This document shows, one piece after another, positions 27,078 through 36,637 of a stretch of 64,000 nucleotides of DNA; position 1 is the stretch's first letter, and every line of letters begins with the position of its first letter. Source of the DNA: Candidatus Saccharimonadota bacterium (GTDB taxonomy: Bacteria > Patescibacteriota > Saccharimonadia > Saccharimonadales > Saccharimonadaceae); NCBI GenBank assembly GCA_017515285.1, contig JAFWGN010000007.1, positions 48,921 through 112,920 of the forward strand, in the 5' to 3' direction. The notes below the pieces were generated by a model. It did no database searches. It was given only the letters and a program-made list of their open reading frames with translations, and was not told the origin of the DNA. A program made the translations under genes and the position numbers.

Positions 27078-27535
27078 TCTTCTTTCTTTGCCCTCATCGG
27101 GACGGGAACCTTTTTGAAGTCGCCACCGGCCTTTTTGACGGCTTCGATAGCGGACTTGCTGGCGAATTGGGTTTCGAGATTGATTTTCGATTTTAGTTCG
27201 CCGCGGGAGATAACTTTGACCTTGACGAAGGGGCTAGAAATGTAGCTTTTTTCGGCGAGGAGGAAGTTATCGACGTTGCCTTTAAGGTCGTTTAAGACGT
27301 CGGTATAGACGACTTCGGCCTTAGCGTGCAAGGTTTTGAAGCCTTTGAGCTTCGGGATGGCTTGCATGATGGCGCGTTGGCCACCCATGAAACCGGTTGG
27401 CATCTTTCTGTGGCCGGTGCGGGCTTTTTGACCCTTGGTGCCACGGCCGGCGGTTTTACCTTGGCCGGCGGAGATGCCGCGGCCCTTGCGGATCGGACGG
27501 GTGTTTTTATAAACTTCGAGTTCGTTGTACTTCAT
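27071..27535 (-). CDS. rplO: 50S ribosomal protein L15
   Basis: ...GRGISAGQGKTAGRGTKGQKARTGH... L15. Confidence 0.95.
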   Translation of the reverse strand: MKYNELEVYKNTRPIRKGRGISAGQGKTAGRGTKGQKARTGHRKMPTGFMGGQRAIMQAIPKLKGFKTLHAKAEVVYTDVLNDLKGNVDNFLLAEKSYISSPFVKVKVISRGELKSKINLETQFASKSAIEAVKKAGGDFKKVPVPMRAKKEEK

Positions 27536-27537
27536 GG

Positions 27538-28293
27538 TTATTTCTCCTTCTTTGCCGCGGATTTTTTCGTAGCGGTCTTTTTAGGAGCGGATTTAGCGGT
27601 AACCTTTTTTGTCGCAGGTTTCTTAACCTCGGCTTTTTTCTCGGTCTTTTCGACTTTGGCGGCCTTGGGTTCAGAGGCTTTGAGTGCGGTCGTGGTCCAT
27701 TCTTTTCGCGGAGTTTGTTGGCGTAAACCTTCGAGAACGGCATAGGCGATGTTGACTTTGTTTGTCGAGCCGAGGCTCTTGGAAATCAAGTTCTTGACGC
27801 CGGTAAGACCGATAATCGAGCGGACGACACCGCCGGCGATAATCCCGGTACCAGGGGCGGCCGGCTTCATGAGGACGTCAGCGCCGGTAATCTTGGTTTC
27901 GACTTCGTGGCAGAGAGTTTCTCCGTCCATTTGGAAGGTAATCATGTTTTTCTTGGCTTTGGTCGTGGCCTTTTGGACGGCGGAGGTAACGTCGTTACCT
28001 TTTGCGACGGCGACGCCAATTTTGTTTTTGTGGTTTCCGACGGCGACGAGGGCTTTGAAGCGCATGCGGCGACCACCGGCGACGGTTCTAGAAACGCGAT
28101 CGATTTGAATCGTGGTTTCGTCGAACTCTTTGGGGGCGTCGTTAATGCGGCCGTTGCGGTCGCGGCGACCACGGCGATCCATACGACGGCCGGAGATGTC
28201 GCGAGTTTCTTTTCTCGCGGCGGTGGCGTCGGACATCTTTAAGGTTCCGGATTTGTTGATAACTTTGGCTTTGTTGTCTTTAGATTCGGGCAT
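27538..28293 (-). CDS. rpsE: 30S ribosomal protein S5 with Lys/Ala-rich C-terminal extension; abuts rplO with no rpmD (L30) between
   Basis: S5 core (RVSRTVAGGRRMRFKALVAVGN...GTGIIAGGVVRSI) plus a roughly 70-aa KKxxxK repeat tail. Confidence 0.9.
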   Translation of the reverse strand: MPESKDNKAKVINKSGTLKMSDATAARKETRDISGRRMDRRGRRDRNGRINDAPKEFDETTIQIDRVSRTVAGGRRMRFKALVAVGNHKNKIGVAVAKGNDVTSAVQKATTKAKKNMITFQMDGETLCHEVETKITGADVLMKPAAPGTGIIAGGVVRSIIGLTGVKNLISKSLGSTNKVNIAYAVLEGLRQQTPRKEWTTTALKASEPKAAKVEKTEKKAEVKKPATKKVTAKSAPKKTATKKSAAKKEK

Positions 28294-28295
28294 AA

Positions 28296-28625
28296 TTAGA
28301 ACTCCAATCCTTCTTTTCTGGCGGCGTCGGCAAGGGCAGACATTCGACCGGCGTAAAGTTTAGAACCGCGGTCGAAGACGGCTTTCTTGATGCCGGCCTT
28401 CTTGGCCTTTTTACCGAGGTCTTCACCGATTTTGGCGGCGAGTTCGGTTTTGGTGCCTTTAAGTTTCGAGCCAACAGTCGTAGCGTAAACGAGGGTCGAA
28501 CCCTTGTCGTCGTCGATAAGTTGGGCGGAAACGTGTTTATTGGAAATGTTAACGCTGAGGCGCGGACGTTCACTGGTTCCGTGAAGGTTGGCGCGAGTGC
28601 GATTTGCGCGGAAGATAGCTTTCAT
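28296..28625 (-). CDS. rplR: 50S ribosomal protein L18
   Basis: MKAIFRANRTRANLHGTSERPRLSVNISNKHVSAQLIDD... L18. The start was reassigned to the internal ATG to avoid overlap with rplF. Confidence 0.9.
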   Translation of the reverse strand: MKAIFRANRTRANLHGTSERPRLSVNISNKHVSAQLIDDDKGSTLVYATTVGSKLKGTKTELAAKIGEDLGKKAKKAGIKKAVFDRGSKLYAGRMSALADAARKEGLEF

Positions 28626-28626
28626 A

Positions 28627-29163
28627 TTATTTCTTTCCTGCCTTTCCGGCCTTGCGGAGAATGACTTCGTCCACATATTTAATGCCTTTGCCCTTGTAAG
28701 GCTCAGGTTTCTTCAGTGCGCGGATTTCCGCGGCGACCTGTCCGACCTTTTGCTTGTCGATGCCGGTGACGATAATGTTCATTTTATCGACTTTGAGCTC
28801 GACGCCTTCGGGGGCGGTGTATTTAACGGGGTGAGAAAAGCCGAGGGCCATCTCAATTTGTTTCCCTCCGCCTTGGAGACGGAAGCCGACACCGTTGATT
28901 TCAAGTTCTTTCTTGAAACCTTGGGTGACGCCAATCACGGCGTTGTTTAAAAGAGCGCGCTGAAGACCGTGCCAAGCACGAGATTCGGGCTCGTCATCGC
29001 TTCTCGTGATGACGATTTTGCCGTCTTCAACCGCGGTTTTCGTATTTTGTTGAACCGGAACAAGGAGCTGACCTTTAGGGCCTGCGACAGTAATTTCTTT
29101 GTCGCCGACCGTGATTGTCACTCCCGCCGGAACTACGATGGGTTGTTTTCCGATACGACTCAT
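28627..29163 (-). CDS. rplF: 50S ribosomal protein L6
   Basis: MSRIGKQPIVVPAGVTITV... L6 duplicated-domain protein. Confidence 0.95.
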   Translation of the reverse strand: MSRIGKQPIVVPAGVTITVGDKEITVAGPKGQLLVPVQQNTKTAVEDGKIVITRSDDEPESRAWHGLQRALLNNAVIGVTQGFKKELEINGVGFRLQGGGKQIEMALGFSHPVKYTAPEGVELKVDKMNIIVTGIDKQKVGQVAAEIRALKKPEPYKGKGIKYVDEVILRKAGKAGKK

Positions 29164-29259
29164 TTGTTTCCTTTAGTTTAATAATATCCCCGGTATTTTA
29201 TCACAGAACGGGGAATTTTTCAAGGGCGAAATGGAAACCGCTTCAAGAATTATCTTCCG

Positions 29260-29359
29260 CTTCCCTCGGCCCTAGGTCTTCTTATTTTGAACATAGAGAA
29301 CTAAAGAACTAGATTTATATCTTGGCAATAGATTATTGAAGACCTAGAGCGGAAGGAAG
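29260..29359. repeat. Palindromic repeat family A, copy 2
   Basis: See the copy at 352-451. It is followed at 29401-29436 by a tail motif (gagctcggcttctagggcttgcggttgagc) that also follows copy 1. Confidence 0.85.
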
Positions 29360-29730
29360 CTTAAATGCGGGGCGAGCTTCAGTTCTGTTTTTGTCCAGGT
29401 GCCGAGCTCGGCTTCTAGGGCTTGCGGTTGAGCGCTCTGCGGTCGTGCGACTCCTAGTCCGGTTTTCGTCTGGTGCTCCGCGAACCCTATAATTTTGACA
29501 CATGTTCTCGGTCTTCGACCTCGACCCGCTCGTCGTTTCGGAAAGCACAGAGCGAGCTCTGGCTTTCTCTCAACTCCTCGGGGTTTCACTCAATCCTCGC
29601 AAATGCGCCTCGGGTAACACCGGCCGTCGATTTGCTCGGATGAGGAAAATGTCGTCAAAATTATCGGGTCTTGTGCGCAATCGACTAAAACCGAACTAGT
29701 CGTCGCCTCAAACAGTTAGTTGTTAAAATG

Positions 29731-31707
29731 CTAGTCGCGGGCGACGCACCGAACATATTGGGCACAAGCACGCTGCGGATAGCCGGCGTCTCTGCCTAAA
29801 ACTGATCCCACCCATTGGATGTTTTCCGAACCGCCAGGCGTGTACGCGGATTTTCTATTGGGCGTTGATGTTTTCCAATAGGCGTTTCCCTTAGCGTTCA
29901 GGCTCGTAGTAGAACCGCTTGGGTCATAAGAACCGCCGGCAACTGGCAGAAAAGCTAGCTGGAACGGATACATACTTTCCGCCTGGCTCGCGGAGGGCAA
30001 TTTCCAGTTTGCTGGACATAGGCTATGCTCGGCCTCGGTCCATGCGGTATCTATTGATACCGCTACAGTCATAGCTGTTGCGACGGCATAATTATACCAA
30101 ACTGTTGGATCGCCATTCGGGTCAAGGCCTTCGTGTAGCTTTGCCTCCGTAAAAGACCACGAAACAGCAGCGTCTTCGTAATTGATGTTCGTCGCGACCG
30201 CCACGTCGCTCGTCTCGGGGTCGAGAGTGGTGCCGACAAAGCGAAGGTTGTCAACCATCCAACAATCGTCTCCGAGTTTTCTGATTCTGTAGGAGATATC
30301 GTCACGAACATCCTTGAGGGAGAAGGTGGTGGCGGCGGAACTAGCCGAATCAAAGGCGGTGGTATTTTGGCAAATACTCCCCGTCATCTCCTGCATGGTC
30401 TTGACGTATGCTTCGGCGTTATCAGGGTCGCCGTCAGCGGTATGGATGGTTTGGAGGCCGATGCCGGTGGAATAGGTAATGGAAGCGATGTCGGAAGTGG
30501 TGCCGGTAGTGTCGTCCGTAGCGCGGCAATGGCTTAAGTAGCTAATCGTGCTTTGTCCATTCGGAGTGTTAATGATAACCCAAAAGTCGTATTCTCCGGC
30601 TTGGGCTATGGCATGGGAACTACTAGTGGTTCCCGTAGTGCCGATTGGTGGGAGCTTACAAGTAATGGTAGCACTGATGCTGTTTGAAGAAGCGCCGGTA
30701 GTGTCTATACTGTTAGTAGCGCACTTGGGATAATCGGTAGCGGTAAGGCTAGAAACATCATAATTATTGGTCGCGATAATGCTATGCGGAACTAGGTAGA
30801 TATTTATATCACTGATCGTTAGAGTCGAGTCTGTAGCGACAAGGTCAACCTCCAAAGTTTCTAGTTCGTTCATCATGCTTAACGCTGTGTCTTTATCGCG
30901 CATAATGTTCTCACTTAAGGTATCGAGGCTAGAAGTGGAAGCAATAGCAGTATAGAGGACTTGGTTCTCATAAGTCCCGGAAAGAACATCATTATCGACC
31001 ATAATGGAATAATAAATATAGAAGCTATCTCCCGAATCGAATCCAGAAACGACGTTTGTGGAGTTTCTTTGGATTTGGACAGCATTACCAAGGCTAGGAA
31101 CGCTAGACCATTTACCAGTATTATAGACCTGACTGCCGGTACCGGTTTTGGTCAGGTTATTGGCGGCAGTATCGATACCAGAAGCATTAGCAAGAAACGA
31201 GTCATAGGCCGAGAGAGTAGCGGAAGTCTCCGTGGTTGGAACAGCATAGCCCCAAGAGGATTGAGCGAAGCCGGAGACGATAGAGTCGGAAGTGGCGGGA
31301 ATGGAACGGGCGGAATCTTCGGACACGGTGAGTGAGTTATCGGCATCAGTCGTAGAAAGATAGACGGCATAATATTGGCCTTCGGTCGTAACGTCAATTT
31401 GCTTTTTAACGACCTTTTGAGTACCATAAGCACCGCTAGCGGTATCACGTCCAGAAGGAATGATGTCATAGAAGTTAATGTCGCCATGAGGGTCGAGAGT
31501 TAGCGAGATTGCTTGCCAGGTAACCGAGGCGGAGACTTCTTGGGTGGCGGAAGCCTCGGAAATTAAAGTTGGGACTAGACAGAAGCCGAGAATGAAAATA
31601 GCCAGTGCTCCGACGGAAGCGCCGAGTAGCTGGCGGATTAAGTTTCTTGATTTGATATTTCCGAGGGTTTCTTCGGGTGATTGTTCCCTTGGTTGGTTGG
31701 GTTGCAT
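29731..31707 (-). CDS. Large secreted/surface protein, paralog of 697-3411 (N-terminal anchor plus LVPTLISEASAT, C-terminal Fibrobacter-type domain)
   Basis: 658 aa. It shares the N-terminal motif, MQEMTGSIC, DDCWMVDNL, WYNYA, CPANWKLP and the ...RCVARD C-terminus with the 904-aa paralog, and has the same RBS/start context. Confidence 0.6.
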   Translation of the reverse strand: MQPNQPREQSPEETLGNIKSRNLIRQLLGASVGALAIFILGFCLVPTLISEASATQEVSASVTWQAISLTLDPHGDINFYDIIPSGRDTASGAYGTQKVVKKQIDVTTEGQYYAVYLSTTDADNSLTVSEDSARSIPATSDSIVSGFAQSSWGYAVPTTETSATLSAYDSFLANASGIDTAANNLTKTGTGSQVYNTGKWSSVPSLGNAVQIQRNSTNVVSGFDSGDSFYIYYSIMVDNDVLSGTYENQVLYTAIASTSSLDTLSENIMRDKDTALSMMNELETLEVDLVATDSTLTISDINIYLVPHSIIATNNYDVSSLTATDYPKCATNSIDTTGASSNSISATITCKLPPIGTTGTTSSSHAIAQAGEYDFWVIINTPNGQSTISYLSHCRATDDTTGTTSDIASITYSTGIGLQTIHTADGDPDNAEAYVKTMQEMTGSICQNTTAFDSASSAATTFSLKDVRDDISYRIRKLGDDCWMVDNLRFVGTTLDPETSDVAVATNINYEDAAVSWSFTEAKLHEGLDPNGDPTVWYNYAVATAMTVAVSIDTAWTEAEHSLCPANWKLPSASQAESMYPFQLAFLPVAGGSYDPSGSTTSLNAKGNAYWKTSTPNRKSAYTPGGSENIQWVGSVLGRDAGYPQRACAQYVRCVARD

Positions 31708-31980
31708 AGTCCTCCTTTTAGTTTTTTAACTGTGGGAGCCATGACTTTGGAACAGAAATGGCGCCACGAGACTTGCAAAGCCCAACACATTGATTGTATT
31801 TTTACAACAAACTCAATAATGGGGTTCTCATGACGCCATTAATATAAGGTTGTTGTAAAAATAATACTTTTAATAAACAATCTTTAATAATGTTGAGCTT
31901 TGCATATCTATGATAGCACGAATAAAAAACGATGGGTAGACTATTTTTTCGCGCGTAATATGTTCTAATATTTCTTAAAC
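31708..31980 (-). promoter_or_regulatory. Structured 5' leader of surface-protein paralog 2 (homologous motif to 3412-3662)
   Basis: Shares ctcgtggYgccattt and aaatggcgcc/aatggcgtca partners with leader 1. Confidence 0.4.
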
Positions 31981-32006
31981 AAAAATCCCCGCGAGATGAC
32001 GGGGAT
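31981..32006 (-). terminator. Rho-independent terminator downstream of tsf
   Basis: Minus strand aucccc gucaucucg cggggau, then uuuuu. Confidence 0.6.
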
Positions 32007-32027
32007 TTTCGGTATATATAATATATA

Positions 32028-32627
32028 TTATATATACTGTTCCGTGACGCCGAGTTCGATGCGCTTGAATTGGCGGACGGTGATGTTTTCGCCGGTCTTG
32101 GCAATGGCCTCCTTGATGAAGGCTTCGACGGTTTTCGAATCGTCGAGGATGTAAGGCTGCAAGAGGAGAACCTTGTCGGCGAAGGACTTCTTCATTTGGC
32201 CGCCGAGGATTTGCTCCTTCATCTTTTCCGGGCCTTTGAAATTTTCTTCGAGCTCTTTCATTTTCGTGGCCTTGACGTCTTCGGGGATGTCGTCTTCGGA
32301 GACGTAGAGCGGGCTCATTGAGGCGACTTGCATCGCGAGCTTATGGGCGAGATCCTTGAATTCGTCGGTCTTGGCGACGAAAGAGGTTTCACAGTTGACT
32401 TCGACGATGGCGGCGATGCGACCATCGTGGACGTAGGAGTCGACGAGGCCTTCGCGGGTTTCGCGGTCGCCACGTTTTTCGGCTTTGGTGAGGCCTTTTT
32501 TGCGCATAGCTTCTAGGGCCTTGTCGAAATCGCCGTTCGCTTCAACGAGGGCGTTTTTCGCGTCGGTTAAGCCGACACCGGAAAGTTCTTTGAGCTTTTT
32601 AATATCTTCAATGGAAATGTTTGCCAT
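32028..32627 (-). CDS. tsf: Elongation factor Ts (short form)
   Basis: MANISIEDIKKLKELSGVGLTDAKNAL (UBA-like N-terminus), then an EF-Ts core. Confidence 0.9.
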   Translation of the reverse strand: MANISIEDIKKLKELSGVGLTDAKNALVEANGDFDKALEAMRKKGLTKAEKRGDRETREGLVDSYVHDGRIAAIVEVNCETSFVAKTDEFKDLAHKLAMQVASMSPLYVSEDDIPEDVKATKMKELEENFKGPEKMKEQILGGQMKKSFADKVLLLQPYILDDSKTVEAFIKEAIAKTGENITVRQFKRIELGVTEQYI

Positions 32628-32636
32628 TTTTTCTCC

Positions 32637-33323
32637 TTATTTTTTAGCGGATTTGATAGCGGTCTCAAAATAACCGAGGACGAGCTCTTCGGCCTTGATA
32701 GCGTCGTCGTTCATCGGAATGACATAGTTGATTCCGGTCGGATCGACGTTGGTGTCGCAAATGGCGATGACGGGGATTTTGAGAGCCTTCGCTTCTTTGA
32801 CGGCGTTTTTGTCTTCCATCGCGTCGGTAACGAGGATGGCGGCGGGTTGTTCAGTCATTTCTTTAATTCCGCCGTAGCGTTCGTTTAACGTGTCGATTTC
32901 TTCTTGGAAGCGTTGAACTTCGAGTTTCGAGTAGCGAGATTCGAGTTCGCCGGAGGCCATCTTCTTTTCTAAATCCTTGAGTTTTCGGATTTGCCTATTG
33001 ACGGTTTCGACGTTGGTTAATGTGCCACCGACCCAACGGTTTGTAACGTAAGGCATTTCGGCATTCTCGGCGGAAGTTTTCACGAGGTCTTTGAGTTGTT
33101 TCTTGGTGCCGACGAAGAGGATTTTCTTCCCGTTTTTTACAAGGTCTTCCGCAAAGGCGAGCGCCTTCTCGAGACCTTCGACAGTTTTGTCGAGGTTGAT
33201 AATATGGGACTCACCGCGTTTGCTGTGAATATAGGGGGCCATTTTCGGGTGCCAGCGGCTAGTCTTGTGCCCAAAATGAGCGCCAGCTTCGAAAAGGGCT
33301 TGCATATCGACATTGATTGCCAT
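32637..33323 (-). CDS. rpsB: 30S ribosomal protein S2
   Basis: ...LFEAGAHFGHKTSRWHPKM...VTNRWVGGTLTN... S2. Confidence 0.95.
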   Translation of the reverse strand: MAINVDMQALFEAGAHFGHKTSRWHPKMAPYIHSKRGESHIINLDKTVEGLEKALAFAEDLVKNGKKILFVGTKKQLKDLVKTSAENAEMPYVTNRWVGGTLTNVETVNRQIRKLKDLEKKMASGELESRYSKLEVQRFQEEIDTLNERYGGIKEMTEQPAAILVTDAMEDKNAVKEAKALKIPVIAICDTNVDPTGINYVIPMNDDAIKAEELVLGYFETAIKSAKK

Positions 33324-33636
33324 GATATGATTTCCTTTCTCTTTCTTGGGAGGATTTTAATCAGGAAACCTTCTCCCAAGTGTTTCGTTAAAATTATTAC
33401 TTCGTTATTTTACCACGGAATGCGAGATTAGGCAAGGGCGGGGTTTTACTTTTTGCCCCAGGGCTTGCGGGGAAACTTGGTTTTATGGAATGTGTCGTTT
33501 CTTCATTGAGGAGGTTTCGGGAGTTTCGAGGTGGCCGAGGGCGGCGAAGGGGGAGAATTGTTTGGCGCGAAGGATTAAATCCATTTTTGAGTGTTTTGAA
33601 GTGGGGCGAGGGAGGTTAATAATGTCCGAATAATCC

Positions 33637-34998
33637 TTATTCATGATGGCCTCCGATTTGGTGGTTGCGGGTGCAGAGGTTGGCGCCGTCTTCAAGGCTA
33701 GTGGCGTTTAAGATTGCATTTTTACCAAAGCGGTTTCTGATTTTAAGAATAGCGTGCGAGAGATCTTCGTCGCGGGCTTCGGTGTTCTCCGGAACGGTGG
33801 GCGTGAATAAGTCGAGCTGGACAGGGCGGGAGTCGGCGACGGTTTTTGAAAGGACGTTGCCGAAGGAGATGTAGAGGCGCTTAACATTCTTGTCTGACTT
33901 GATGATTTTGTCAAAGAGTTCTAATGTGCGCTTGCGAAGAATTTTTGGCGAAGCGGTGTAGATGGGGGAGCCGGCGGAATCTTCGGGATGAATCGAGCCG
34001 TGAGAAGGGGCGGTGGAAGTGTCCTTGCTGTAGAAAAGGTCGAGAGTGATAAGGTTGGTTTTGAGGGATTTTTGGACGAGGTCGAGTGAGAGTTCATCGA
34101 CCATTTCGGCGAGGAGAAGGCGCGCGGTTTTGGCGTTGACGGCGGCACCGAGGACTTGGCCGTTTGAGAGCGAATTGACTTTGGGTCTGTAACGCTTGAC
34201 GTCTTGCATCGTGACGGGTTCGATACCCCAAAGATGGTCGATAAAAATTTCGGCGTCGATGCCAAATAATTTGTAAAAGAAATCTTCGTCCTTTAGGGCG
34301 ACGCGGGCGAGGTCGCCGAAAGTTCTTAAATTGTATTGTCCTAATTTCTTTGCGGTTTGGTGGCCGATGCTCCAAAAGTCGGTTAAGGGTTCGTGCCCCC
34401 AGAGTTTTTCTTTGAAACTCCTCTCGTCGAGAGAGGCGAGCCGAGCGCCGGTCGCGTCGGGCTCGGCGTGCTTAGCGAGGATATCCATGGCGATTTTGGC
34501 GAGGTAGAGATTGGTGCCGACGCCGGCGGTAGCGATCAGCCCGGTTGTCTCGAAAATTTTGCGAACGATGGCGCGAGTGAAATCTTCGGGAGACTTTTTG
34601 GAGAATTTTAGGTAGCTCGTGATGTCTAGGAAAACTTCGTCAATGGAGTAGCGAAAAATATCGTCTCCTGCGACGAAGTTCAAGAAGACGTCGCGATAGA
34701 GGCGATTGGAATAGTCGAGATATTTTTTCATTCGGGGCGGGGCGACGATATATTCGAGGTCGCGACCGGTTTCAGCCTTGAAAAGTTTTGCTCGTTCTTT
34801 GACTTGAAAAAGTCTGGCACGGCCGGAAAGTCCGAGTTTCTTGAGGCTCGGAGAGACGGCGAGGCAAATTGTCCCGTCGGTTCGGGATTGGTCGGCAACG
34901 ACGAGGTTGGTCGTCATCGGGTCGAGTCCGCGGTTAACACATTCGACGGAGGCGTAGAAGGATTTTAGGTCGATGGCGGCGTAGAAAGATTTTCGCAT
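33637..34998 (-). CDS. Y-family DNA polymerase (DinB/UmuC-like)
   Basis: MRKSFYAAIDLKSFYASVE (compare the DCNSFYASCE motif) with palm and little-finger regions. The start was set at the internal ATG (complement of 34996-34998). Confidence 0.8.
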   Translation of the reverse strand: MRKSFYAAIDLKSFYASVECVNRGLDPMTTNLVVADQSRTDGTICLAVSPSLKKLGLSGRARLFQVKERAKLFKAETGRDLEYIVAPPRMKKYLDYSNRLYRDVFLNFVAGDDIFRYSIDEVFLDITSYLKFSKKSPEDFTRAIVRKIFETTGLIATAGVGTNLYLAKIAMDILAKHAEPDATGARLASLDERSFKEKLWGHEPLTDFWSIGHQTAKKLGQYNLRTFGDLARVALKDEDFFYKLFGIDAEIFIDHLWGIEPVTMQDVKRYRPKVNSLSNGQVLGAAVNAKTARLLLAEMVDELSLDLVQKSLKTNLITLDLFYSKDTSTAPSHGSIHPEDSAGSPIYTASPKILRKRTLELFDKIIKSDKNVKRLYISFGNVLSKTVADSRPVQLDLFTPTVPENTEARDEDLSHAILKIRNRFGKNAILNATSLEDGANLCTRNHQIGGHHE

Positions 34999-35045
34999 AT
35001 TATTCCTTAAAATAAGCGCCAAAGAGACGCTTATTTTTCCTCCCG

Positions 35046-35297
35046 CTAGACCGTCTCCAGGTGCCAGCTCAGATCCGTTGAGTTGAACTCCAACATATAT
35101 CGAGTTGACCCGGCGACGATGTCGAAGATGTGGTGAGCCGTGATGCCGACGAACTTGATGTGGCTGCGGAGAAGCTCCGTCACTTCCACTTCGGGTTCGC
35201 CACGCCTCTTGAAGGAGAGAGGTTGGCACGGCGTCATTTCATAGCCGAAAAGGGCCATGACTTCGACGCGTTCGGATTTAGTTTGATTATTTTTCAT
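35046..35297 (-). CDS. Small hypothetical protein (83 aa) immediately upstream of the Y-family polymerase
   Basis: Good RBS (ttaaggagttacttATG). Function unknown. Its position is analogous to the small accessory genes that accompany Y-family polymerases. Confidence 0.45.
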   Translation of the reverse strand: MKNNQTKSERVEVMALFGYEMTPCQPLSFKRRGEPEVEVTELLRSHIKFVGITAHHIFDIVAGSTRYMLEFNSTDLSWHLETV

Positions 35298-35447
35298 AAG
35301 TAACTCCTTAATTTAGTTAAAGAGTCATTTATGCGAGCCCAAACTTAAAAGGCTCTTGGCAGCAGGTCAAAATGACTTAATAACCCACTGCTTTGCGGTT
35401 TTTGTCTAACCAGTGACCGAGGTATAGCTAGACAATACTATTATATA

Positions 35448-35687
35448 TTATGCGGCAAGTTTCTTCAAAGCCTTTTTCAGGGCGGGGCGGTCGAAGCCGA
35501 CGATGTTTGCGACTTCTTTACCGTCGGCGTCGATGATGATGGTGACGGGGACGGCGGAGATGCCGCGCTCGATTGCCTCGTCGCTTGACGAGGCGTCGAT
35601 TTCTTCATATTTAATATTTTGTCCGTCGAGCCAGTCCATTAGGGCGTGGCAATAGACACAAGTGGGGGTAGTGAAAACTTTAATCAT
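35448..35687 (-). CDS. Glutaredoxin-like (NrdH/thioredoxin-fold) protein
   Basis: 79 aa with the CVYC (CxxC) motif after a beta1 strand (MIKVFTTPTCVYCH). Confidence 0.7.
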   Translation of the reverse strand: MIKVFTTPTCVYCHALMDWLDGQNIKYEEIDASSSDEAIERGISAVPVTIIIDADGKEVANIVGFDRPALKKALKKLAA

Positions 35688-35688
35688 A

Positions 35689-36633
35689 TTAATATTTTAA
35701 CTCAAAGACAGTTTCTTTGCTAGTCGAGCCGGCGGTTAATTCCCAATGGTTGCGACTCGCAAGGGATTTGGCGATGGCGAGACCGAGGCCGGAGCCGGTG
35801 CTTGATTTATCGACTTGGTAGAATCTGTCAAAAACGTGTTCGATTTTATCTTTCGGGATGGTTTTGCCATCGTTTTTGATGGTTAATTTTTTGTTGGTGA
35901 GTTCGATGGCGATGTTTTTATCGCAATATTTGATGGCGTTGTCGAGGAGGATTTCGAAAATTTCTTTGAAGTCGGCGCGGTTTAACTTGACCTTTTTGTC
36001 TTGGACGGATTTTTCTAGGTTAATTCCCTTCTTTTTAATGCGGGAGGAGAAGGAGTTAACGACGGAGCCGGCGGTGCGCTTCAAATCGACATCTTCGATA
36101 GTGACGGCCTCCTTGATGGCGTCGGTTTTGGCGAGGTGAAGGAGTGCGAGGTTTAGGGTTTCGATTTTATCGGCTTCGAGTTCGATGTTTTTAATCCAAT
36201 GGTTTTCTTCGCTCAAATCGGCAGCTTCGAGATTGGCCTTGATGGCGGCGACGGGGGTCTTGATTTCGTGTGAAGCGTTGGCGATGAAGATTTTTTGGGT
36301 TTCGTAGGCGTCCTTGACGGGTTTGATGGCTTCGCTCGCGAAATAATAGGAAAAAACTGCGACGACGATTTCGACGGCAACGCCGGTGATGACGAGGGTG
36401 ATGAGGAGCGAGTTCAAAGCCGCTTCGCGGTCGGCAAAAATCCGTTCCTCGAGGACTTGGCGGAAGCCGGTTTCGTTTTCGGAAAAGGAGATATTAAATT
36501 CAGTTGGGACGGGGCGACGCGATTCGCTGGAGTTCTTGGCGACGATATAAATGCTCGTGAAGGCGGAGACGAGGATGAAGCTCGTCGTGAGAAGATTGAT
36601 TAAAATGAAATGGTTGCGCAGTTTCTTGAACAT
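35689..36633 (-). CDS. Sensor histidine kinase
   Basis: N-terminal TM helices, an H-box (IANASHEIKTPVAAI), and HATPase N/G boxes (LLDNAIKY; GSGLGLAI). Confidence 0.8.
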   Translation of the reverse strand: MFKKLRNHFILINLLTTSFILVSAFTSIYIVAKNSSESRRPVPTEFNISFSENETGFRQVLEERIFADREAALNSLLITLVITGVAVEIVVAVFSYYFASEAIKPVKDAYETQKIFIANASHEIKTPVAAIKANLEAADLSEENHWIKNIELEADKIETLNLALLHLAKTDAIKEAVTIEDVDLKRTAGSVVNSFSSRIKKKGINLEKSVQDKKVKLNRADFKEIFEILLDNAIKYCDKNIAIELTNKKLTIKNDGKTIPKDKIEHVFDRFYQVDKSSTGSGLGLAIAKSLASRNHWELTAGSTSKETVFELKY

Positions 36634-36637
36634 AAAT

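Noticed and set aside
33483-33695. 70-aa minus-strand ORF after the Y-family polymerase as a confident gene
   Set aside because: The only in-frame ATG with plausible context overlaps the dinB stop, and there is no clear RBS. It is kept as a low-confidence possibility in a finding and not annotated as a feature.
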